Notes under the pieces: model-generated | Database searches by the model: none | What the model was told of the DNA's origin: nothing | The model's input: only the letters and a program-made list of their open reading frames with translations | Part shown: positions 35,371-45,640 of the stretch, in pieces | Numbering within the stretch: the first letter of the stretch is position 1 | Layout: each line of letters starts with the position of its first letter | Made by a program: the position numbers and the translations under genes | DNA from: an uncultured Gammaproteobacteria bacterium | GTDB taxonomy: Bacteria > Pseudomonadota > Gammaproteobacteria > UBA9214 | Assembly: GCA_963773065.1 (NCBI GenBank) | Contig: CAVYZN010000008.1 | Span: forward strand, 64,001 to 128,000 | Direction: 5' to 3' | Length of the DNA stretch: 64,000 nucleotides

Positions 35371-36168
35371 TTGCTGATCCATGTTCATGCATGTGACAAA
35401 GTTAAAAATGTTTCTAATGAGCGGATAGTGGGAAAACGCGAATCGATGAGTGAGGGACAAACAACCGATCACAAGAAAGTAGCGGAGTTTTATGACAACG
35501 TCTACTACAGGGATGCGTCAATTCAAGCCCGTAGCAAACCCTCACGGCACCTCTATCAACTTGCGGAACGCATCGGAGTCATGGCGGGTAACCGGGTACT
35601 GGATATTGCCTGTGGAACCGGTGACTGGCTTGAGGTCGTAGCCGGGAGGAAGGGCATACCCTCTGGCATAGACATATCGAATGAAGCCATCCGGGTCTGC
35701 CGGCAACGATTAAGAATCGGCGATCTCGAAGTCGGGGTAGCCGAGGAATTACCATTTGCAGACAACAGCTTTGATATCGTCACCTGCCTGGGCTCATTGG
35801 AACACTTCCTAGATCAGCCGGCCGCCCTACGCGAAATGGTTCGGGTTGCCAAAAACAATGCCCGGGTTATCATACTTGTCCCGAACTCAGGTTTTCTCAC
35901 CCACCGGTTGGGTTTCTACAAAGGCACTCAACAGGTTGCCGTTCGGGAGACATTGCGGAGTATACGTGAATGGCAACAGTTGTTCGCTGAACAAGGGTTG
36001 GAAATCGAACAGCGGTGGAAGGATCTGCATGTCCTGAACAGCTCATGGATTATCCGTCCCCCTTATTACCTTACGCCTCTGCGTTTTCTTCAGGCAATGA
36101 TGCTGTTAGTCTGGCCGCTGCAGTGGCAGTACCAAATCTATCATCTTTGTCGCGTGAAAAAAGGATAA
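35371..36168 (+). CDS. Class I SAM-dependent methyltransferase (likely start ~35446)
   Basis: VLDIACGTG, GIDIS, AEELPFADNSFD, LEHF. Confidence 0.88.
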   Translation: MLIHVHACDKVKNVSNERIVGKRESMSEGQTTDHKKVAEFYDNVYYRDASIQARSKPSRHLYQLAERIGVMAGNRVLDIACGTGDWLEVVAGRKGIPSGIDISNEAIRVCRQRLRIGDLEVGVAEELPFADNSFDIVTCLGSLEHFLDQPAALREMVRVAKNNARVIILVPNSGFLTHRLGFYKGTQQVAVRETLRSIREWQQLFAEQGLEIEQRWKDLHVLNSSWIIRPPYYLTPLRFLQAMMLLVWPLQWQYQIYHLCRVKKG

Positions 36169-36562
36169 TTGTTTATGCTGCATAAGAATCCACGTCGGGG
36201 ACAAACCGGTTTCATTTTACTGGGATTGGACGCGATACCAGCGAACTCGGGGGTGGCTATGGCTAGATGTTTCCCCAGGAAAACATTGCGATAATTTTCT
36301 ACCCCACAACTCATGACCCGATTAAAGTTTGGGCATTGCTGGACGAAATGCTTTAGGAATCAGCGACGGAAACGACAGTCTCTGCCACAAGGGCAAGTGG
36401 AGGATTAACTTGCCGGAGGCAGAAAGACATAATAGTTTGAATAAACTAGAGATTATTGCTGCTTACACTTATCATAGACCTTTGCAACATGTTCACCGAT
36501 GCGCACAAAACCAGATGCGCATCACACCAGGTAACACCTGATTAGGATATGCATTAACGGTC

Positions 36563-38278
36563 ATGGCAACGATCCAACCCACAATTCACCTCAGCGGCCT
36601 GGCGCGCAGGCTGGTCATGGATGGGTTACTTGAAGAATCCGAGGCATTCAAGGCCTATGACGCGGCGCTGAAAAAGCGCACGCATTTTGTCACCTATCTG
36701 GTCGAGAACAAGATACTCAAAAGCCGTAATATTGCCTGGGCCGGCGCACAGGAATTCGGCGTCCCGCTCTTCGATCTGGATGTCATGGATCTGGAATCGG
36801 CCCCGATCAACCTGGTCAGCGAGAAACTCATCCGCCAGCATCACGCCCTGCCGCTTTTCAAACGCGGCAATCGGCTCTATATCGCGGTTTCCGACCCGAC
36901 CAACCTTGCCGCCATCGACGAGTTCAAGTTTCATACCGGCATCAATACCGAAGCCGTGCTGGTTGAGGAGGAGAAGCTCGGCAAGTCGATTGAAATCGCG
37001 CTTGATACCATGGACACCACCATGTCCGACCTCATGGACTCGGATCTCGACAACCTGGATATCAGTGGTGGTGAAGACCAGGTTCCCGGTGCGGATGTAA
37101 CCGAGTCCGATATCGATGACGCGCCGGTCGTCCGTTTCGTCAACAAGGTACTCCTCGACGCAATTAATAAAGGCGCCTCCGATATCCACCTTGAGCCTTA
37201 CGAGAAGGAGTTCCGCGTCCGCTTCCGGCATGATGGCGTTCTCCATGAGTTCACCACGCCACCGCGCTCACTGGCCATGCGCATCGTCGCGCGGCTCAAG
37301 GTCATGAGCCGGATGAATATCGCCGAACGCCGGATTCCGCAGGACGGGCGTATCAAGATGAATTTGTCAAAGAACCGGTCCATCGATTTTCGCGTCAATA
37401 CCCTGCCGACATTGTATGGCGAGAAAGTCGTGCTGCGTATTCTGGACAACAGCGCGAGTCAACTCGGCATTGATGTCCTCGGCTTTGAAGATTTTCAGAA
37501 GCAGCTTTATCTCCAGGCGCTGAAAAAACCCTACGGCATGATACTGGTTACCGGCCCGACCGGCAGCGGTAAAACGGTGTCCCTCTATACGGGGTTAAAC
37601 ATATTGAATACGCCTGATGTCAACATTTCCACCTGTGAGGACCCGGTGGAAATCAACATGGTTGGCGTCAATCAGGTTAACGTTAACCCCAAGGCCGGGC
37701 TGGATTTTGCCGTAGCACTCCGGGCATTCCTTCGCCAGGATCCTGACATCATCATGGTGGGCGAGATACGCGACCTGGAAACCGCTGAAATAGCCGTCAA
37801 GGCCGCCCAGACGGGCCATCTGGTTCTGTCTACACTACACACGAACGACGCACCCCAGACGCTCACGCGTCTGGCTAACATGGGAGTACCACCCTACAAT
37901 ATCGCCTCGGCGGTCCACCTGATCATGGCCCAGCGCCTTGCCAGGCGGTTGTGCGGCAAGTGCAAGAAGGAGATACATATTCCTCACGAGGCACTGATCA
38001 AGTCCGGCTTCAAGGAGGAACAAATGAATGCAATGACGCTCTATGCGCCGGTTGGTTGTGACCTCTGCACCGGGGGATACAAGGGCAGAACGGGCATCTA
38101 CCAGGTCATGCCGGTATCAGAGGAGATGGGGCGCCTCATTATGGAAGGGGGTAATTCCATGCAACTGGAGGATCAGGCGAAACTAGAAGGCATTCCCGAT
38201 CTCAGGGAATCCGGTCTTAGGAAAGTCGCAGCAGGAATTACCAGTCTGGAAGAAGTGGATCGCGTCACCAAGGATTAA
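36563..38278 (+). CDS. pilB: Type IV pilus assembly ATPase
   Basis: GASDIHLEP, PQDGR, GPTGSGKT, EDPVE, LRQDPD, STLHTN, Zn-binding CxxC pairs. Confidence 0.97.
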   Translation: MATIQPTIHLSGLARRLVMDGLLEESEAFKAYDAALKKRTHFVTYLVENKILKSRNIAWAGAQEFGVPLFDLDVMDLESAPINLVSEKLIRQHHALPLFKRGNRLYIAVSDPTNLAAIDEFKFHTGINTEAVLVEEEKLGKSIEIALDTMDTTMSDLMDSDLDNLDISGGEDQVPGADVTESDIDDAPVVRFVNKVLLDAINKGASDIHLEPYEKEFRVRFRHDGVLHEFTTPPRSLAMRIVARLKVMSRMNIAERRIPQDGRIKMNLSKNRSIDFRVNTLPTLYGEKVVLRILDNSASQLGIDVLGFEDFQKQLYLQALKKPYGMILVTGPTGSGKTVSLYTGLNILNTPDVNISTCEDPVEINMVGVNQVNVNPKAGLDFAVALRAFLRQDPDIIMVGEIRDLETAEIAVKAAQTGHLVLSTLHTNDAPQTLTRLANMGVPPYNIASAVHLIMAQRLARRLCGKCKKEIHIPHEALIKSGFKEEQMNAMTLYAPVGCDLCTGGYKGRTGIYQVMPVSEEMGRLIMEGGNSMQLEDQAKLEGIPDLRESGLRKVAAGITSLEEVDRVTKD

Positions 38279-38281
38279 ATT

Positions 38282-39505
38282 ATGGCGGAAAAAGCACTTA
38301 AGCAGCCGGAAGTCTTCATCTGGACCGGGACGGACAAACGGGGCGTACGGGTCAAGGGCCAGACACGCGGTTCCAACCCCACACTCATAAAGGCTGACCT
38401 TCGCAAGCAGGGCATCACGCCGCTGAAGATCAAGAAACAGAGTTCGCTGTTTTCCCGACAAAAGAAGAAAAGCATTAAAGCAAAGGATATTGCCGTCTTT
38501 TTCCGCCAGCTTGCGACCATGATGTCGGCGGGTGTCCCGCTGGTGCAGTCCTTCGAGATCATCGGACGCGGTCATGACAACATCAGTATGCGCAACCTGG
38601 TTCTCAAGATCAAAAGCGAAGTCGAATCCGGCACCAGTCTCTCGGAGACCCTGGCCAAGCATCCCGTTTATTTCGACGAACTGGTGGTAAACCTGGTGAA
38701 CGCGGGTGAACAGGCCGGCGTACTTGAAGGCTTGCTGGACAAGATCGCCACCTATAAGGAAAAAACAGAATACCTCAAGTCCAAGATCAAGAAGGCGATG
38801 TTCTACCCGGCCGCCGTGATTGTCGTCGCGATCATCGTGACATCCATCCTGCTGATCTTCGTCGTACCCCAGTTCGAACAGTTATTCACGAGCTTCGGCG
38901 CGGATTTGCCCGCCTTCACCCGTCTCGTTGTCAACTTATCCGAGTACATGCAGGACTGGTGGTGGCTGATCTCCGGCATTGCGGCCGGCGCCGTCGTTGG
39001 AGTCCTCCAAGCCAAGAAACGCTCCAGAAAATTCAGCCGGTATTTTGATCGCATCCTACTCAAACTGCCGATCGTGGGCACTATCATGCACAAGGCTTCC
39101 GTCGCCCGTTATGCGCGCACCCTGTCCACGATGTTCGCCGCCGGTGTGCCGCTGGTAGAAGCACTCGAGTCCGTTGCCGGCGCCACGGGAAATACCGTCT
39201 ACTCGGATGCCGTGCTCATGATCCGCGACAGTGTCGCCACCGGCCAGCAACTCCAGTTCGCCATGTCCCAAACCGGCCTGTTTCCCAACATGGTGGAACA
39301 GATGGTGGCGATCGGCGAGGAGTCCGGCGCTCTCGACACTATGCTCAGCAAGGTGGCGGATTTCTACGAACAGGAAGTGGATGACGCGGTCGATGCGCTC
39401 AGCAGCCTGCTGGAACCGATCATCATGTCAATCCTCGGCGTTCTGATCGGCGGACTCGTCGTGGCGATGTATCTGCCCATCTTCAAACTGGGCGCCGCCA
39501 TCTGA
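38282..39505 (+). CDS. pilC: Type IV pilus inner-membrane platform protein
   Basis: RQLATMMSAGVPL, GEQAG, GEESG, AMYLPIF. Confidence 0.96.
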   Translation: MAEKALKQPEVFIWTGTDKRGVRVKGQTRGSNPTLIKADLRKQGITPLKIKKQSSLFSRQKKKSIKAKDIAVFFRQLATMMSAGVPLVQSFEIIGRGHDNISMRNLVLKIKSEVESGTSLSETLAKHPVYFDELVVNLVNAGEQAGVLEGLLDKIATYKEKTEYLKSKIKKAMFYPAAVIVVAIIVTSILLIFVVPQFEQLFTSFGADLPAFTRLVVNLSEYMQDWWWLISGIAAGAVVGVLQAKKRSRKFSRYFDRILLKLPIVGTIMHKASVARYARTLSTMFAAGVPLVEALESVAGATGNTVYSDAVLMIRDSVATGQQLQFAMSQTGLFPNMVEQMVAIGEESGALDTMLSKVADFYEQEVDDAVDALSSLLEPIIMSILGVLIGGLVVAMYLPIFKLGAAI

Positions 39506-39576
39506 TACTTGTCTGAACATCTGTCCGCATCGCGCCGTCTGGAGCGCGGGTGCGCTGAGTCAGACGGGCGTATCGT

Positions 39577-40440
39577 ATGGATTTGCTGCAATTGCTTGAA
39601 GCTACACCTGCGCTCTTCTATACGGCGGTCGTGGTACTCGGGTTGGCGATTGGCAGCTTCCTGAATGTCGTGATCCACCGTCTGCCTATCATCCTGAAGA
39701 AGAACTGGGCGCAGCAGTGCCGTGAGTTGCTTGAGCAGGGGCATGAAGGCGCGGCAGGAAATCAGCCGTTCAACCTGATGAGACCCGCCTCCCACTGCCC
39801 GGCATGCGGACACCGCATCCGCATCATCGAGAATATTCCGGTAGCCAGCTATCTCTTTCTCAGGGGCCGTTGTGCTTCCTGTAAAACCCGTATCTCACCC
39901 CGCTATCCGGTTATCGAGATCACCACGGCCATTCTGTCGGCCATTACCGCCGTGCATTTCGGTTTTACGTTACAGGCCGCGGCGGCGCTTGCCTTTACCT
40001 GGACTATAATCCCGCTTTGCATGATCGACTTTGACGAGCAACTGCTGCCGGACAGCATCACATTCCCACTGCTCTGGGCCGGCCTCACATTGAGCCTGGC
40101 GGGTATTTTTATAGACAGTCAGGCCAGCATCACCGGCGCCCTGGCCGGGTACCTGTCCCTCTGGTTGGTCTACCACCTCTTCAAGCTGGCCACGGGCAAG
40201 GAGGGAATGGGATACGGTGATTTCAAGCTGCTTGCCGCAATTGGCGCCTGGATCGGCTGGCAGGTACTGCCTGTGGTCATCCTGTTTTCCTCGGTCGTCG
40301 GCGCCATAACCGGCATACTGCTCATCGCGCTCAAAGGCCGCGAACGCAGCCAACCCATTCCATTCGGGCCGTTTCTGGCCAGCGCGGGCTGGCTTACGCT
40401 CTTGTGGGGACAGGACATCCTCGATCTGTATCTGCATTAG
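39577..40440 (+). CDS. pilD: Prepilin peptidase/N-methyltransferase
   Basis: GSFLNVVIHRLP, CxxC pairs, LLPD, GMGYGDFKL, PFGPFL. Confidence 0.96.
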   Translation: MDLLQLLEATPALFYTAVVVLGLAIGSFLNVVIHRLPIILKKNWAQQCRELLEQGHEGAAGNQPFNLMRPASHCPACGHRIRIIENIPVASYLFLRGRCASCKTRISPRYPVIEITTAILSAITAVHFGFTLQAAAALAFTWTIIPLCMIDFDEQLLPDSITFPLLWAGLTLSLAGIFIDSQASITGALAGYLSLWLVYHLFKLATGKEGMGYGDFKLLAAIGAWIGWQVLPVVILFSSVVGAITGILLIALKGRERSQPIPFGPFLASAGWLTLLWGQDILDLYLH

Positions 40441-40456
40441 TACCAGCCGGTCTGCC

Positions 40457-41105
40457 TTGCCTCTCACCGACACCGTTCAATCGCCCCCCAACAGCAAGGC
40501 TCACCGGCCTCTGCTCATCGGCCTGACGGGCGGTATCGGCAGCGGCAAGTCCACGGTCGCCGGCTTTTTCAAACAGCTCGGGGTACCGGTTATCGATGCC
40601 GATGACATTGCCCATGCCATGGTTGCACCGGGACAACCGGCATTAAAGGAAATCATCGCGGCATTCGGACCGGCCAGCGTGAATGGCACTGGCCGCCTCG
40701 ACCGCGACCGCATGCGCAAACTTGTTTTTTCCGACCCCGCGACAACGGCATCGGATCGAGGCCATACTCCATCCGAAAATACGCCGCGAAATCAGCTCCC
40801 TGACGATGAATATCCAGACACCCTATTGCATCGTCGTGATTCCACTGCTGCTGGAGGCGGAACAGGCGGATCTGGTCGACAGGATTCTGGTCGTCGATAC
40901 AGAGGTGGACAACCAGATCTCACGGGTAGCCGTAAGAAACCGGCTGTCAAGGGATGAGATTATCGCCATTATCGAGGCACAGGCAGACCGTGAAAGCCGG
41001 CTTGCAGCAGCGGATGAGGTCATTAATAATGACGGTTCACTGGATGATCTGGCCAGACAGGTTCGTGAACAGCACGGAAAGTACCTGGAAATCGCCATGA
41101 AATAA
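40457..41105 (+). CDS. coaE: Dephospho-CoA kinase, one indel
   Basis: IGLTGGIGSGKST, DADDIA; second frame IEAILHP, IPLLLE, ADEVINN. Confidence 0.93.
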
Positions 41106-41159
41106 ACCGCCTGAAGCCGGATTTGCGCACAGGTGATACCTAAGAGAGAATAGGCACCC

Positions 41160-41963
41160 GTGGAAGCGGTATCAGACAAGCAGCAAGACCAGGTGGCACA
41201 GCCAGTCCTCTACGAACACCCGCTTAATGAAAGAGTAAGGACGTTTCTGCGTCTTGAGTATCTGTTCACCCAGGCAGCACACCATGTCAAGCACACCTCG
41301 GAATGGGACAGTCGCGCCACCCTCACCTGTATACTCGAAATCCTCTCCATATTCGGGAACACCAACCTGAAGTCAGAAGTCCTCAAGGAGCTGGAACGTC
41401 ATGCCGGCGCTCTGAAGCGCCTGGAGCAGAATCCTGATATCGATATCGGGCAGTTGACGGGGTTGCTGGACGCGATCGGCGGCCACATAGACAGCCTGCA
41501 CCGGATCAATGGACAAGTCGGCGGCGAACTTAAATCCAGTGAATTTTTGATCAGCATCCGTCAACGCAGCGCAATCCCGGGCGGGACATGTGACTTCGAC
41601 CTGCCCGCATTCCACTACTGGTTGCAACAACCCGCGAAGGAACGCACCGATGACCTCTATCGGTGGCTCAACAATTTCGACGCCATCGGCCAGGCCATCC
41701 AGTTCATCCTCAAACTGACCCGGGAGAGCAGCACCCTGAAACCGGCCATCGCCGATGACGGCGTTTATCAGAAAACGCTGGACCCAAATCTCCCCTACCA
41801 ACTGGTGCGCATTGCCCTGCCCGCGGGTTCGCCCTACTTCGCCGAATTGAGCGGCGGTCGACACCGATTTACCGCACGGTTCCTGAATTTCTCCACCATC
41901 GAGGACCGGGCCAGACAGACCGACGCGGATGTCGAATTCGAACTCGCCTGCTGCGTGATCTGA
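41160..41963 (+). CDS. zapD: Cell division protein ZapD
   Basis: YEHPLNERVRTFLRLE, IPGGTCDFDLP, FELACC; coaE-zapD-yacG synteny. Confidence 0.95.
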   Translation: MEAVSDKQQDQVAQPVLYEHPLNERVRTFLRLEYLFTQAAHHVKHTSEWDSRATLTCILEILSIFGNTNLKSEVLKELERHAGALKRLEQNPDIDIGQLTGLLDAIGGHIDSLHRINGQVGGELKSSEFLISIRQRSAIPGGTCDFDLPAFHYWLQQPAKERTDDLYRWLNNFDAIGQAIQFILKLTRESSTLKPAIADDGVYQKTLDPNLPYQLVRIALPAGSPYFAELSGGRHRFTARFLNFSTIEDRARQTDADVEFELACCVI

Positions 41964-41999
41964 CGCTCCGCCGTTGCCGTGTTGCACAGGCCGTAAAGC

Positions 42000-42195
42000 A
42001 TGACTGCAACTTCCAAACCGAAGACGGTGGACTGCCCAACCTGCGGGAAACCGGTGGAATGGTCGCGGCAGCAACACTGGAAACCGTTCTGCAGCGAACG
42101 CTGCAAGTTGATCGATCTCGGCGCCTGGATCGATGAACAGCCATCGCATTCCCGGTGATGAGACGGGCGGCAACGACGAGGATATCAAGGACTGA
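42000..42195 (+). CDS. yacG: DNA gyrase inhibitor YacG, one indel
   Basis: Not in ORF track; [17 protein letters not shown]...[15 protein letters not shown]. Confidence 0.92.
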
Positions 42196-43150
42196 GCCAC
42201 AGTCCGCGTATTGCCGCAATGCCCTGGGCGCCATGCTCAAAGGCCGTGTCCAGGTCCGTCTCGGCCATGCCGCCCAGGGCATACACCGGCAGGGCAGAGA
42301 GTTCGGTCAGATCCCGCAATCCGGAAAAACCCAGCGCCTTCGCCCCTGGATGGCTGGTTGTTTCCCGCACCGGCGACACAACGACAAAATCCAGATCCAT
42401 GGCGCAGGCGTGTTCGAGTTCCAGCCGGTCATGGCAGGAAGCCCCGACCAGATGGCGGCTGTCCATCGGCCGTTCCTTGAGCGCCAGCAACCGCGAACTG
42501 GACAGGTGAACACCATCCGCACCCAGTTCCAGCGCCAGTGACGGCTCGGCATTGATCAGAAGCCGGGCATTCCGTTTATGGCAAATCTCGATGGCCTCCC
42601 TTACCAGGGTCCTGTAGCGCGGCAGTGAATACAGACTTGCCCGCAATTGAACCAGCGTTATGCCGCGACGGACCGCGCCATCGAGGCGTGTCAGGAAATT
42701 CTCGAAATCGGTACCCGGCTCCGGCGTGATGAGGTAACGGTCCGGCAGGCTGACCGCCTTGATGATCGGTGTATTGGCCGGCGGAAACTGGTATTGCCCA
42801 AGCTCCCGCGGTGACAGCCACCTGATGGGCTGGCCTTCATGGCCTACCGGCACTCCCGCAAACCTGTCAACCCGCCAGACATCCAGCAACACGTCCCGGT
42901 CCGGATAATCATGATGCACCCGTATAAGCGGCCTCGCCGTGATCACGGTAATGCCGAGTTCCTCATACAGTTCCCGCTGCAGGGCAGACTCGATCATTTC
43001 CCCCGGTTCCACCTTCCCGCCGGGGAATTCCCACAAACCGCCCTGGTGTGCCTGCCGCGGCCGCCGGCTGATCAGCACCCGTTGCCGGTCATCGAAAATC
43101 GCGGCTGCCGCCACATGTAGTCGTCCCGGCTTGTCAGCTTTGAGTATCAT
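42185..43150 (-). CDS. mutT: 8-oxo-dGTP diphosphatase MutT fused to a thiamine-phosphate-synthase-like domain
   Basis: HQGGLWEFPGGKVE..LQRELYEELGI Nudix box, then YLIT, GVHL, GASCH, VYALGG. Confidence 0.9.
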   Translation of the reverse strand: MILKADKPGRLHVAAAAIFDDRQRVLISRRPRQAHQGGLWEFPGGKVEPGEMIESALQRELYEELGITVITARPLIRVHHDYPDRDVLLDVWRVDRFAGVPVGHEGQPIRWLSPRELGQYQFPPANTPIIKAVSLPDRYLITPEPGTDFENFLTRLDGAVRRGITLVQLRASLYSLPRYRTLVREAIEICHKRNARLLINAEPSLALELGADGVHLSSSRLLALKERPMDSRHLVGASCHDRLELEHACAMDLDFVVVSPVRETTSHPGAKALGFSGLRDLTELSALPVYALGGMAETDLDTAFEHGAQGIAAIRGLWLSP

Positions 43151-43397
43151 TGAGAACCGTTGGATAGGGTGGTTGTATGCTCATGAAACATTGACGTAAG
43201 CATCTCAAAGAGTCGAGGCTTACATGACTCTGCCTGGGAAGTCGGCGGATTTGCATGCGCAGACTGGGCAATACAGGAGATCGCTATCGGCTAATCTTAC
43301 CGGTAGGCACCCAGGCCCACCTTGAAGGAAAGCGAAATATGCCCATGGAATGTCACAACCCTCCCCGGACTGGTAGCGGAAAATCTGTGCTATTGTC

Positions 43398-44093
43398 ATG
43401 TCCATGCGATATCTCGCTAAAGTGACGGTATCACCGCCGTATTCCGCGCAGATAACCGGACCGCGACACTGCCTGCAACACCGGATAGCTGCGTTTCTGC
43501 TCGCCCTCATGACGGCGCTACCTGCCATCGGTTGGAGTAACAATACATCACCGGGAACCGGTTACTCGGGCAATACCAGGGCAGTCGATCAAACGAGGGG
43601 CATCGACCCGCGTGAGAATGACCAGCTTGTCCCGTCAGCAGCGTCCCCGCCCGTGTCGGAAGGCAAACCCGCTGAAGCGGATACCCGCCAGGAATTTTCA
43701 GGGAATTACGACCTGGTGCTCGGCAAGATGGTCTTTAATCACGCCTGTCTTACCTGCCATGGCAATAGCGTCCGCGACGCACCCCGTGTGGGTGATATGG
43801 CTGCCTGGCAAGCCCGCCTGGCGCAAGGGCTTGACGTACTCATCCGGCATGCACTCAACGGCCACGGACGCATGCCTCCGAGGGGGGGCTATATTACCTT
43901 GACGGACCACGAGGTAAGCTCGGCGGTTGCCTATGTCTACCAGATGGGTACGGAAATCCTCGCGAAACAGGGAAATACAGTCACGCATGAGGGGTGCGAT
44001 CCGCTGTCGAATCTCAAACAGTGCACTCCGGAGGAATTGAAGAAGCTGCTGATCATGCAAATGCTCTGGTTACTGAGTGGCCCGCACCAGTAA
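43398..44093 (+). CDS. Cytochrome c5-like protein with N- and C-terminal extensions
   Basis: CLTCH heme motif, APRVGDMAAWQAR, MPPRGG axial Met; hydrophobic signal-like segment. Confidence 0.8.
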   Translation: MSMRYLAKVTVSPPYSAQITGPRHCLQHRIAAFLLALMTALPAIGWSNNTSPGTGYSGNTRAVDQTRGIDPRENDQLVPSAASPPVSEGKPAEADTRQEFSGNYDLVLGKMVFNHACLTCHGNSVRDAPRVGDMAAWQARLAQGLDVLIRHALNGHGRMPPRGGYITLTDHEVSSAVAYVYQMGTEILAKQGNTVTHEGCDPLSNLKQCTPEELKKLLIMQMLWLLSGPHQ

Positions 44094-44211
44094 TTCCGGG
44101 AAAACCGCGAAGGAGTTTTCGGTCAGGTTATTTTGCAAGGAATCGGGACAACCCGCCGCATCGCAGCTTGACTTATCAGCCAGGCGCGGACACCTCCCTG
44201 GCACCCGCCGG

Positions 44212-45431
44212 TTAACTGCGATACTCCGCGTTGATCCGGACATAGTCGTAGGAAAGATCACAGGTCCAGATGTGTTCTGATCTGTCACCGCGTCCGAGCG
44301 CGACCCGGATGGTGAATTCTGCACGCTGTAGCACACCGCTGCCCCGCGGCCTCGGTATAGTCCTGCGCCCGTCCGCCATCCCGGACGATACAAACATCGT
44401 CAAGAAAAATGGTTATGCGTTCGACGTTCAGATTACTGCAGTCCGGCGCGACCCACCGCGGCCAGGATGCGACCCCAGTTCGGATCACTGGCAAACAGTG
44501 CCGTCTTTACCAGGGGGGAATGTGCGATGGTGTAGGCAACCTGCAGGCACTCCTCCGACGTCGCGCCCTGCTCGACGGCGATGGTGACAAACTTGGTTGC
44601 CCCCTCGCCATCGCGCACGATGGCCCGGGCGAGATCGACACAGACATCGGCAACGGTGGCCGCGATCCGTTCATAATGGCCATCGGCCTGTGTCACCTCG
44701 GGCAAGGTACTGCGTCCGGTGGCAACCAACACACAGGCATCGTTGGTCGAGGTATCGCCATCGACGGTAATGCGGTTGAACGAGCCCTCCACGGCCCGAT
44801 TCAGGCAGTATCTCAATAGGCTGCCGTCCAGTGCGGCATCGGTGGCGACAAACGCCAGCATGGTCGCCATGTCCGGGCAGATCATTCCGGCGCCCTTGGC
44901 CATACCGGTAACGGTGACGGCATGCCCGTCAATATCCAGCCGGCGAGACGTCAGTTTGGGAACCGTGTCGGTAGTCATGATGCCATGCGCTGCATCGATC
45001 CATCCATCTTCCGAGAGGCAAACCAACGCCGCCGGCAACCCCTCGGCTATCCGAGAGACCGGCAGCGGCTCACCGATCACCCCGGTCGAGAACGGCAATA
45101 TCGCCTCGGGTGCACAGCCGGCCAGCGCCGACAGCAACACGCAACACTGCCGGGCATCATGGATACCCTGTGTGCCGGTTCCCGCATTGGCATTACCGGT
45201 ATTAACCAGCAGATAGTCAGGCGCTTGCATGGCAAGGTGTTCACGCGCCACGGTCACCGGTGCGGCGCAAAAGGCATTGCGGGTAAAAACGGCGGCAGCG
45301 ATGGACCCTGCGGCCAGATTCATGACGACCAGATCCCGACGTCCGGGAGACTTGATACCGGCACAGGCCGTTCCCAGCCGGAACCCTGCGACTGGATGGA
45401 TTTCCGGCAGTGTTGTAACGTCACTGTTCAT
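44212..45431 (-). CDS. argJ: Bifunctional ornithine acetyltransferase/N-acetylglutamate synthase; indels near the 3' end
   Basis: [68 protein letters not shown]. Confidence 0.96.
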
Positions 45432-45452
45432 GAATTCCTATACTGCGTATTA

Positions 45453-45611
45453 CACCGGAGAGGCGCAGAGCAGACTGAGTAAACGACATACTATCTCTGC
45501 ATCAGACAATATTTATGCTGTAAAAATACTTATATTCTAAGAGAAGTGTCATGACCAAGATCAACCGAGGATAAACTCGCTTTACCCTGCGTACACTGCG
45601 TCTCTGCGGTG
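45453..45611. repeat. MITE-like element: degenerate inverted arms of the CACCGCAGAG family around an AT-rich ~100-bp core
   Basis: caccggagaggcgcagagcagactgagtaaa ... tttaccctgcgtacactgcgtctctgcggtg between secA and argJ. Confidence 0.65.
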
Positions 45612-45640
45612 AATTTTGAATGCAGCGTCCGGCCAGATTA

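Noticed and set aside
42185-43150. MutT fused to a thiamine-phosphate-synthase-like domain as a novel fusion
   Set aside because: This is a known, widespread architecture at this locus in Pseudomonas-like and other proteobacteria.
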